From contig NMRA01000558.1 of the NCBI GenBank assembly GCA_002633005.1, positions 187,846 through 251,682 on the forward strand: 63,837 nt of DNA, written 5' to 3'. This DNA comes from Phoronis australis (lineage: Eukaryota; Animalia; Phoronida). The notes below the pieces were generated by a model. The model saw only the letters and a program-made list of their open reading frames with translations. It searched no databases and was not told the origin of the DNA. This document shows, in pieces, positions 37,056 through 48,800 of the stretch (the stretch's first letter is position 1; every line of letters starts with the position of its first letter). A program made the translations under genes and the position numbers.

Positions 37056-40000
37056 GACACGGATCAGCCGAGATTCAACACAACTGTTACGCTGCTCCAG
37101 CTGAGCTAGCTGGTAGTTTCGTAATCGGAACTAATTCAGTGTTGCCTATTTTTGTAATCGTAAGCCGTAATATACCATACACATCTAAATGCGCTGATTA
37201 AATTTAAGAAGTTCTTTACACCAACGCAAACGCTTGGAAAATATATTTGTGAATTGAAGTGTATGATCTTAAACGAGTGGTACTGTCCATTGTGTGTTAT
37301 TATAATACATTGTATTATATTGTATTAGGGATTCTACCAATACATGTCAGTCACCCCATAAGGTACCCATGGCTTCACGTGTTTAAGCTTTAACTTGGTT
37401 TCGATGATTGACAGATATCGTGACCTATTTAAATTTGCTCAACACGAATTTAACGAAGGTACAAAGTGTCTTAAGGTAGCACTCCAGAGGGTTGTTTTTT
37501 AAGGTACTTGTAGACAAAGTGATGTCATGAAATGTTCACTAAAGACCTTAATCTTGTCAATTCTCATCGAATATTGTAAGGGGGAGGGGCTAATGATATG
37601 TGTTTATTCCCGATACTGTATATTGTTAGGTACGTGCACATGTAGCTATAAAATGACTAAGTTGTGTTTTCAGTTAACTACTATGATGTTTTTCATTCAA
37701 TAAACACGTTTAAATTGAAAATGCTCGTGACTGTTTTAGTAGAGGAACGGGTTTAACATAAAATAAGTACGGATGAAATAGAGGTGCGGGAAGAGGCATC
37801 TTGAGTGAACCATCTTCAGCCAGGGCTTTATAGAAACTCAAGAGTCTTGTTTCACCTGACAGAAACCGCGTGTGTGCAGGACCCTGATACGTCGTTTCTA
37901 AACTGCATTTACTTAGGAAAGCTGAAAGGCATTTTCAAAGCTTTCAATCTGTGTGCGTGCTCCTTATCAAATTTCTCATTCATTTCCACTGCGAAATGGC
38001 TTTTCCAATCTCTAGGTTGGCCTGCAAAGAAAAGGAACTTAATTTAAAAGCAACAACAATAGGAATAGTGTTTTAAATAAGTTGCCAGAAATTAACTGTC
38101 ATGGAGCTCATAATCGTTGAGCTTTCCTTTTTCTTTTGTTTTCGTTGCTGAACAAGATCTCTTAGTTTCTTCCGTTTGAGTTATCTCACTGATCTCACAT
38201 ATGGTGTACAAGCGCATTTAGGCGCATGCACGTTTAAGTGAACCGCTTGAGTGAAATCGAGGAGCACATGTTAAGATGAGAACTCGTTTTTGATCTTGAA
38301 AAGAACTCGAACAGTTCGTTATTGCTGCCATGCTAGATGAATAAAATGAGACGCCGTGACAAATGAACTTGATGAGCCTGGTCTGAAATATTTCCAAGAC
38401 CAGAAATCTCGTCTATTTTGATTACGGAAAATTTATGACTAATTTCGTAATCGAAAGTTCCTTCCTGTGATGAAAGGTGGGATTATAGTCGCTTTAAAGG
38501 ACCATGCCACCCAAAAAGCAACCTAATTTGTATCAATTTAGATCGAGTAGTTCTACTCCATAAGGGCACGTACGGTTGCGATACCTGACACCTGACGGCA
38601 GACGGAGGTGTTGAAATTATTCAATGACGTAATTGGTTTCACACGCAGTCTGTTCAGCAGTTCACAACACGGGTTACTGGTGTCAGCTTATTGCTTGAAT
38701 TCATCGTTTAACACCAATAAATCGATAAAAAAAAACCTAGAAATACACCGATTTCTTATAAAAACGTTTTGTTTTATTTCGCTGTGACGGATTTATTGGT
38801 TTTTGGACACACCCTAGCCTTCAAAGTTAAGCAGGCCAATAAGGTCCGTAGGAGGAGTTTGGGGTCTGTTCGGAGATAAATTCGAAGTATTTTTCCGTGA
38901 GATACAGACAGGAAAACCTAGATCTGTGTTGTTTAGACTTGTGATAAATGAGTTCTAAACAAACAAAACGCTTGTTATCCTGGCCAGTATCTCGGAGCCC
39001 GATCAGGCCCGTCGCGGCCGGACTGACTGGTTATCCCAGCCAGTGGCTCGGAAGCCGATCAGACATCACGAACATAAACCAGCCAAAGTTGAAAACTAAA
39101 CTTCCAGTCAAGACAATACTGTACTAGTGAGCCAAAGAAGTAAATTGCACTTGATTATGTTGCTGAATTAGCCACGAAACTGCAAATCTACTTATTCGTC
39201 GGGGGCCGCGGATTCAGGTTCCGCTTTGGCCACAGAACTGTCAGGGCACAAGTTGTTCATTGACAATCACTATTTGAATAATATAAAAGGAAAATAAAGA
39301 TTCCCCTAACACATGTGGGATAGAAATCGAGTTGTTTCACAACTGTTTCTGTCAGCAAACATTGAATTAGCATGAGCTCACACGGCTTCGGTGTCCTGTC
39401 AATTAGTTTTATTGCATCGAAAGCCGGTAACGTAGTGGTTTATTCATTGCTGGCTTCTCAAATCATTTGCACTCACGGACGCTCCAAAGGCATTACAAAT
39501 TTCATCGAATGAGACAGACTTTGACTCAGTTTTATATAAGTATTGGTAAGGGTGAGAATAATTCATTTTCTTCCTCACAGGTTAACGCGACACCTCTCGG
39601 CAAGGTAAGATCGACCGTATGCGAGGCGATGTGGATATAGACCGATTAAGACGGTAAAAAATACTAATTAAATCGGATGGCATTCTCGTTTAAATGAAAA
39701 GTATAGTAAGAGTTGACAAAAACAAGAAAATGTAAGAGATACACATATACAGGAGATAGCCGTTTTCGTCTTTTGGTGAAGTAAGGTCACGAGAGCCTAA
39801 GGGCAAAACTTTTGACCAAAAGCATTGAAAATTTGAATTATTTTCGGACATAGGCTCTTGAGTCTTTTAAAAATCAAAACAATGCGCATTTAGTGTTGAC
39901 GCATGGTAAGCGTCAGCTGCTCAAATTGCAATCTGGGCTATTACTAATCCAGGACATATTTATACGGCGTTCACATGTCGTTCGGGACACGTTATACCCA

Positions 40001-40159
40001 CGAATTGTGAATAACGTGTTCGCAACATGAACAGAATGTTTTATCTACGTTACAGCTTTGATAGTTTCCAGGAAATCTAGCACGACCGTACGTACTCAAT
40101 ATCAGATGCCGCAGAGGTATTTTCAGCCCCTTTGGAGAACAACATATCAAACATAAAAA

Positions 40160-41850
40160 ATATGGAATTGCCCAAAGAGAGGTCAGCAGCCGATCTACTG
40201 AAGTTCTTCCTGATACGTAGCACTGAGAAAGCACCGTTTTCCAGCAGTTCACGTAATATTGGGTTTGTAAATTTCAACTTTTGGTAAAACAGTGTTCCCC
40301 ATCTGGCGTAGTTTGGGCGGTTTTGGGCAAAGAATACATCTAGCATAGTCGGGAAATTTTTGATATAGCCACTGACGTCATTGTTCTTGACGCATCTCTG
40401 GAGTTCTCTGTCAGGACTCGGTTTATGATAAAGATGGAGACTGCCCAAAATTGATCAGTTTTGCCAAATTTCCCATTAATCACTGTGTGAAATGATGGTA
40501 GTTGGTGCGCATACATACCGCAGAAGACAGCAAAAGGCGGCATTTTGATTGTTATTCCTTTTAGCAGTTGCATCAAATGACTCGTCCGAAAACAGAGGTA
40601 AAATAGGACAACGAAAAATCGAAATTCGTGCAAACACAATGTGATATCCGTCTAGGACAGGTTTTTAGGTTTTGTTTTTAATAGTGAATCGTGTGGAGTA
40701 TTCCGTTGTTTTCGCATGGACTTGTGAGGTCGCTGCAACATCGGGCGCGATGTTTCTGGTTTTCATGCCCTGACGTAAACTTACGGACAAAAATCTTTCA
40801 CCTTGCGTGGTAACCTATGTCGTACGGACTCAGTGTCTGGTTCTTCAATGTGATGCTTATTCGTTGTGAATGGGCTTATAATCAAGTATGTTTCGACTCT
40901 TTATTTGTCTGATTGGGGCATCTTACTGCAGTGCCACGTGTAGTGATGCTGAACATCGGACGATTGGTTTCAAACGGTTACCTGGTGGGTTGATTTCGCT
41001 CAACTTAGATACTTGGGCGTGTCTGGCGGGGATAACCCACCACTAGATTTGTCTGGCAGTATTTATTCCTGATACCTGGGTTTACGGCGAATATTTTGCA
41101 AATGCTTTCATGCGGTTACCTCTTTGGTTGATCTAGCTCAACTCAGGACTTTGGGCGTGTCTGGTGGGGCTAACCCACCACTAGATTTGTCTGGCAGTGT
41201 TTATTCGTGATATCTGGGCTAACGATGAATATTTTGGAACTGGTTTTAAGCGGTTACCTCTTGGGTTGATCTAGCTCAATTTTCAAAACCCTTTTTGATA
41301 ATCGTCTGGCAGGGGCACCCCACCACTGAAATTGTCTGGCATCTAACAGTTGTGCCATGTACAGTGATTCCGAACATCGGGCAATTAGTTTCAAACGGTT
41401 ACCTGGTGGGTTGATATAGCTCAACTCGGGTATTTGGGGGTGTCTGGCGGGGCTAACTCACCACTATATTTGTGTGGCAGTGTTCATTCGTGATACCTGG
41501 ACTCACGGTGAATATTTTGCAACTGGTTTCACGCGGTTAGCTCTTGGATTGATCTAGCTTATTTTTTTCACCTTGTTTATAACTGTCCCCAACACTGAAA
41601 TTGTCTGGCAGTGACCAATTTTGATACAGTGGATTACGTAGTAGGTATCCAAGGCAGTTTGAAGTGGTTACCAGAAAAGTTGATCTAGCTCAATTTTTGA
41701 GTGTCATTCTCGTGGCTCCCCTGACCACACCCACCAAAGCGAGCCTGCCAGACGACCATTTCCAAGCACCAGGATACCCATAGAGCACTGTGGCACCAAA
41801 GAAAATTGGTGACCTTTTCATGCCCAAAAAAGCTCTGGGATCCCAGTCTA
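40160..41850 (-). mobile_element. Decayed Academ-like DNA transposon (transposase remnant and one terminus)
   Basis: ORF 40077-40448 contains FFAQNRPNYARW...LENGAFSVLRIRKNFSRSAADLSL, an NYARW / FS...D..LEQ pattern recalled from Academ transposases. The minus strand from 41850 reads TAGACTGGGATCCCAG, a TAG-type terminus. Confidence 0.65.
40930..41700. repeat. Degenerate tandem repeat (units ~130-150 bp), subterminal in the Academ-like element
   Basis: Recurrent CGGTTACCT, TTGATCTAGCTCAA and CACCACTAGATTTGTCTGGCAG blocks. Confidence 0.8.
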
Positions 41851-42223
41851 TGTGCAATTAGTCACATCTGGTTTAATTTGTTGATCAAAAGTAGGCCTAT
41901 TAGCTTCAAGCTTAGCCTAGGTCCTGGTGAGATAGGCACTACCAGGACTAACAGTTAATTTGCCATTGATTTGAAATAATACTTAATATTATTAATTATA
42001 TATTTTGATTACTATAAAAAACCAGGCTCGCAAATGAAAATAAAAATTATATGACCATCAGTTCTGCTTTCTTGGTTTTAATAATTACATCTATTTCATG
42101 TGAGTATTTCTCAAATAACAATCTCGACCAAGTTGAATTTTAAAATTAAAACACCTAATTTTTTCGTCCAAAGCATAACCTCGTTTTACAGTAGAGCTCA
42201 ATTTCAGTTAACTGGACAGAACA

Positions 42224-42317
42224 CAGTGGCGGATTCAGAGGGGAGCCAAGGGGCCATGCCCCAGCCCCCCCTAAAATTCTCCCAGATTCCATTTGGCAGT
42301 TCAGTAGCGCGAATGAC
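42224..42317. mobile_element. Left end of a MITE related to 2130-2284, cut by assembly gap N at 42318
   Basis: CAGTGGCGGATT...GGGGCCATG...CCCCCCTAAAATTCTCCCAGATTCCAT shared with 2130-2197. Confidence 0.7.
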
Positions 42318-45300
42318 NCGTGATTTTTCAATATTTTTGAGAAGGGAATAGGGCCAATATTTGGGCCCAAAATTGAGGGATTGAGGGCCCTGTCCTTTTT
42401 GTAAAGAAAAATGCATCGCGCTTCAACCCATAGTCATGAAAACGCAGCCTAGCTCGCCTCGTTGCTATGGCGGCACCCAGTCCGGGATGCGACAAATTAT
42501 GATTCGAAAACAGTTATAAATTTTACGCGGACATATTTTCCATCGTCGCGGCGTATGGCAAGGACCCAACGCTTCCGAATCCCAACGTCCTTAGGGATTG
42601 TAAAAAAACAATGTCCGTATTTTTCTAGCTGTTCGAGCAATGCGGAGTACAACTACGCGGATAAGCCACCAGATCTATCGTAGCGAGCCTCGTTTTGGAA
42701 CGCGCCTCCTGTTGACGTGAATAGGGTCTATAACAAAGCTGAAAATGCTCTTACTACATACATGTACACTGTATATGCCCGTGGATGCATACATATGCAG
42801 CACAGTATATTTTATATTGAAAAGCAGTGGCGTATTCCCACGGTGGCCGAAAGGTGAGACCAAACAATTTCATAACGGGCCACCCTGTTGAATATTTCTG
42901 GCTGTGATAGTGTTCAAAAGTATGCATAAATGAGAAAGTTAACAAAATTACTATAATTTCCTTAGTCCAATGCACTGTTTAAGAAAAAAGTGCAAAACCA
43001 TAGATATTCCAAATCCTCGATCAGCGATTTCTGGAGTGCCGAGGTTGGAGTATGATACGACTCGACACAAAATTTTGGAGTCTTGATTTGAATTAACAGC
43101 CATTCTTGGAACATTTTCGGATCCGTGAGTAAAATGTGAAACGTCATCCCAATGTGATACAATTGTTTATAATGCTGACAGCCAGAAACACAATTAGAAA
43201 CTACAACGATTGCAACACAAAAACTAAAAAGATTTCGGAACTCGAGTCTTGGTGCCAACATTACGTCGCTAATTGTTTTTAATTCACCGATTTGACCGCT
43301 TGCGTGGGGCACAAAATGCATAAGTTCGTGTAGTGCGTAAGTCACCTTCGAAGACTCATTTACTGATCGCGAACGTAAAAAGGCTGTCAAAAGCGGCAAA
43401 GTATACCCTTTCTGAAAAGTTTCTAGTTGGCAAAAATTTCAAGACTTTTTTCATTGTATCATTGCGTGTGTCTCGGGTCTATCCGAGGACAATACTGTTC
43501 TCTCGCTCACACTATTCCCCTCTCCCGGACCACTTTTCCCGTCTCGCGGACATATTTCTATGCTCGCGGACGGACTAATTCTGCTCCCCGGCCACACATT
43601 ATTCCATATTCACGGTGATCCTTTTCCGTTCACGAACAAACTCGTCGATTTAGCTGCCGAAATATTTTCGTTGCTGTTTCTTTTGTCCAATAAAGTACTT
43701 GAATATAGTAAAATCGAATAGAAATGTCTTACATTATCAGCATTTAAATGCACTTCAACATAGAGCGTACGTCCAGAAAGAAAAACGGTGCGTGACCACT
43801 CCTTATAACTATTTAAGTTGTTGATATCGGTTCGAACAATATTGGCTTGATCAGGTCTTACTCTCCCGTACAATTACACGGAAAATATACGTGTAATCGT
43901 TTAGTTCTTATACCTAAATAAAGCAAGCTGCATTTGTCCCCGTTTAGCTGTCGCGTTTAACATATTCCGAGTACTATTTGAACAATTCCCGCGTTTAAAC
44001 AATCGGTTAGTAAAGTTCTAAACATTGCGCACGTACCGGGGCGGCAGAAAAGCTGATAAGTGATTTTCCATCGATCACCTACGTGCCATCTTTCTAAAAT
44101 ACCCACTTAATCTTGTCACTTGAATAAAACGTCGCGACTCAGTAACTAGGTCACCTGGGGTCATCAGTCTTAGTACTCACGGAATGGTCACTGTGTTGCG
44201 AGACTAACCTGTTTTTGAATAGAATTCCTTGAGCGTCATTTTCGAATTTCAAGGTTGGCCAACCCCCAAAAAGTGACAAACTTCCGGAGCATTTTTCAAC
44301 TTGTTGAGGGTCTGTGCCTTCTTCATAGTAACAGAAAACAAAACCTATCACTGTAGGGAAAATTTGGAGACCGACTTTACAAGAATTAAAGGCGTAATTC
44401 TATTTTTGTTTTTATCAGCTAAACTTTTGAGATCGTAGACAAACCGTGGACTCGTGGACTCTAATTTTTTGAAAACAGAGGCAGGCTGCAAGCTTTCTAG
44501 GGCTTAGCGACGGCAAGGTCAAAATACAGTCTGTCATTGTTATAAAAACTGTTGTCATTTGTGTGCGGTAATTTTCATTTGTATTTTTGCCAGAAACGAA
44601 CGTTAACTTGGTATCAGCTAAAATGGTGCAAGTATTTTCCTCACCTCAAACCTGCTGCAGTGGTCAAGTGTCGTTATTGCTTGGGTGTTATTTTCACAGT
44701 TTTCGGAAAAAAAAACACGATAACTTTGCTAAAAATGATGCGGCGGGCGCTTTGTTTTGTTGAAGGATCTTGAGTTGTCCAATCACACAGCTTTGAACTA
44801 TTTGAAGTCCCTCCAACACCGGTATATTAAACTTTTGTTTGCAAACAATTCAGAGTTTGCCGAAGTTTCGGTGAGTTTGGACAGCCAGCTTACATTCAAC
44901 AATCTCTGCCAAAGTGTAATATTTTGCAGTATTTTTAATAGTTTGCTGAATTTGGAGAGGCAAAACATTATTTTTCAATGTATTCGAAGAGAGACAGATA
45001 AAAGCTTAGAGTGACTGTGCTAGTAAAGGGATTAACTTTTTAGGTATGCGTTTGGGTGTATAACAATGGTACGCGCATCTTTCTCAAAATATGATTTAAT
45101 GCTTTTTGGCTATTCAGAGCTTCGTTTGAAAGTTTGTCATAGTTTCCCGTAATATTATAATGACTTTCATTTTTGGTCATTATGTTCCACCTCTGTGAAC
45201 AATGGATGAGCCAAACTACTGCCCTCTATGGGACGAGCTTACGTCTTAGTATTGCATTTTTGGGACAGAAAAAACAACATGAGGACCTCCGGTAAAGGCA

Positions 45301-45803
45301 AGAAGTGCATAATTATATAGCCAAATGGTGTAGTATAATTGACTTTTGTTGTAAATATATATTTTAATTTATTACCATTAGAATATCAAATAGTATAACT
45401 GTATTTACAAAACATACACGTACAGAATGGTAAGAAAGTAAATGTATGAACAATGTATTGCAGCGCGATATGTTCGTTTGGCTTTTAACTTTTAACCAGA
45501 TGAACAACGAAAAACATTGGATGTTGGTCTTCTGTTAAGATAATATGTAGTATTTAACAACAATCATTTAACACTACATTCGCTGTCTGAGCTAGTTGCG
45601 CCAATACCACAGTCCTGGTCACATTTTTGCAGACGGCGCTGTCTCGTGAAGACTGAGTTCTAAACAGAGAAGAGGTGTTACTCAAGTAATTTCACCGGGA
45701 TGGTTGTATTTTCTTTACAATGTACGCCTACAGCACTTTTCGGTGAGAGAATGACGTCAATATCACAATGCACGTCGTCATGTGACATAATAACAGGTTC
45801 TTT

Positions 45804-48800
45804 TTACACAGGTGCGCATCGCATGTGGTCAAAGTCCGTCCAAAAGCGCCACGTCTCTTCCTCCCTAGAAATAAAAGAAAGATTTTTAGCCAGCAGTTGA
45901 TCATGACGAATTTGACGACTTACAGAACAAATTTCGTCAACCGATCGTTATTGCTATGTATAATCGGAACGTTTTATCAAGCTCAGCTCTATGTGTCTTA
46001 GTAACTGATTTTGCCGTCATTTTTCTAACTTCATAAAATCAAATTAAACTTCCCCGGCCCTGTAGCTACCTCAAAAAGTAGACTGTGTATTATGTCAACT
46101 CATGCCAACAAGACGGCAACAGTAACGGATTCCACCGACTAAGTCTGCCAGGATATGAATTCTGAATGAAGTTCACGCCGCACAAATGAAAGTCAAGTGG
46201 TCATATTTTCAATTACTTAAGAAAGCAAACCGTTCACAGAATTCATAACGTCATCTTGTGAATGTCCATTAGCTCACGAATCATTCACTAAACGCGCCGA
46301 TGAGTTAAATCAGAACGCTCTATGAACTGACAGACTTGAAATTCCATTACATTGCCCATAGGCGGATTTAGGGGGGGGGGCCAGGGCCCCCCCCCCTTGG
46401 CTGCCGCAAAACATAAAACAGTAAGAGCGTAGGGAAATGGTGAGTTTATTAATTAACCCCGGTAATTAAAATTATGCGGATGAAAAAAGATTTAAATGTG
46501 TGCAGTTTTAGTGTTGGGGGGGGTTCAAATCCAATTTCGAGTGTCAAATTCGGAACACGGCGCATTCGTAACGGAACTATGGCTAAGTATGGGCTCTCCC
46601 GCGATATCCCAGGCGACCGGCAGTGGCGCTGCGCACTACTACTCCGTTTCCGTCGTCTGCTCCACTGTGCAATGAAGAAAATTTACTTCATTTTTTAAAG
46701 AAAATGGAACCTGAGTGACGACGAAAAAACAGAACCTGCTGGTAAGATGTGAATTTTAATCGAAGCCTTGGTGAATCACTCAGAAACTCGAAATAATCTC
46801 TTTGTCAAACCTTATCTTAAGACGATTTCCAAAGCAATCCCGTCATTATTGCCACTACGAAAAACGGATTTGATCTTTTGGGCATTTGAAGACTATTTTA
46901 AATACGACAAATTTGTTAAGAATTAATGGCACAAAATATAAAACGTGTAATAAGCACTACAAAAAGAAGTAGGTTTCGCGCGCAAACGCTGTGGACCATA
47001 AACAAGTAAGTCTTTTAGTAAGCGATTAGTAGTTAGATCGTGGTGGTGTAGTGGTAATGCACGCGCGCTCTATCCGCCAGGTCGTGAGTTCGAGTCTGTA
47101 GTTCTTTTCAGTTTTTCCCGTTTGACACATTCTTCGTGTTTTCTATTGCCTTTTTTCTTGGATAACTTCAGGAATCAAGGAAAATGCTTGATTTTTAGAG
47201 GTAAAAACAGAAAAATTTCCTGGGCAAACCGCCCTCCCGACCTCCCCCCATTCGGTGCTATGCGCATCTACAATCGTGGGTCAGTTTGCGCAAATGCTTA
47301 CAGCCGGACAAAATGTTGGGCCCCCCCTTGTGATATCCTAGATCCGCCACTGTTGCCACTGAACGAATGTGTTTTATCTCCTCCAGCAATAAGCTGGACT
47401 TCGGCCGCTGAGGTTGTAAGTTCGATTCCGCGTTGAGGCTGAACTGAGAAAACACTTTTGAGCCGCAGAAGGTACATGTATTTAAAATACGCACCATCAC
47501 GTATAATGTTCTCATGCACTCACAGCTTTAAATAGCGATTAAGCTCGATTTGTTTTTAAGAACAGTAAACCCTGTTCTCGCGATGTAATACAAAACTGGA
47601 TATCACCTGGTATTGGAGTTGGAATTTCCTTAGAGATATGATTATATACCAAAAAACAACGTTCCCTCCGGGTGGGTTTTGAGATTCGAGACTTGAAGAT
47701 TCCCTACGCCCGTTTAATGTCTCAAAACGTAAGTCACTCTTTTCGATTTTGAAATAAGAAATTTTCAGACTTTTGCTTAAGTGTCGAAGGTTCTGTAAGT
47801 TTATAAGCACAATTAGAGAAAATCTCTGCACTAGTTTAGAATTCAATTCATCATTTACATTGCGAAAAACTTACTCTTCCGTTTTTTTCTTTGACGTGTT
47901 CTTGCATGTCAGCTCCACGTCGCACGGACACACTTCGTTCACACTGTAAGCCAGTCCTCCGCGTGGCACATAGCATTTTTGTCCAAGGGCTAACTTCTTC
48001 TTGCACACTTTTTCTCCGTGCTTCCTGGCACAGCACAGACCAACGCCGCAGTCCTTCTCGTGTTTACATCGTGCACCTGCGAACGAAGAGAAACAAGTTG
48101 AAGTGCAAAAAGCGGGAATTGGGGAAACGTTACTTACAGACAGGTCACGTGTCAGGGGGAACTGACTGAACGAGAAGGGAAGTAGAATACCCAGACAATA
48201 TTTCATCGATTGCCAAACGCAGCCGAAAACGAGGCCGTTAACTAATTTTTTTACATCTTTTTAAATATGCACTTATGTAACACTTGATAGTGTGATAAAT
48301 GAACTGCAACTTTTTTTAGTTAAAGACGGTCTGGTGTTTCATCGATTTTAGATATCTCTCAAATAGCCAGGTTTCCATTAACATTATTGACAGCAATGAA
48401 CAGGTATCTCTGTCTGATTAGCAGGACTAAGATGGCATCGATCCATTCTTTTCAGACCCAGTTGCGGGTTTGAGACTAAAGGAGGGGTGGAATATTATTT
48501 CCTAATTCTTGTTGTAACATTAACTGCTTTACTATAAAGCAAAACAAAATCATATAAAACTTAACAAAAATTCAACATCAAACGTAATGCAATAAGGCGC
48601 CTTGTGAAAAAAACTAGCTAAAATGGCTCACTTACGGAATACAAGTCTAAAAGTACACAATGCCTGGACAGTTGTTTACGCTTGTAGTTCAGTTTTGTAT
48701 TTCAAGTGGTCTGATTTTAAGTCACAAGCGTCCTTCGTTCCACCCTGGATCGCTTACGTTTTTATTGAAATCCCAGATCCGGCTGGCAACGACCGCTGCA

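Noticed and set aside
38493-38520. Kolobok-like terminus TTAAAGGACCATGCCACC (also TTAAAGG at ~17888)
   Set aside because: No convincing matching opposite terminus found.
44120-44175. Minus-strand hammerhead-like CTGATGA...GTCGCGACG
   Set aside because: The GAAA core is replaced by GCGA and the stems are poor; at best a badly decayed relic.
47871-48206. Standalone prokineticin/astakine-like single-exon gene as given by the ORF track
   Set aside because: Its N-terminus is intron sequence (polypyrimidine tract before the AG at 48078-48077); it is exon 3 of the Dkk-like gene.
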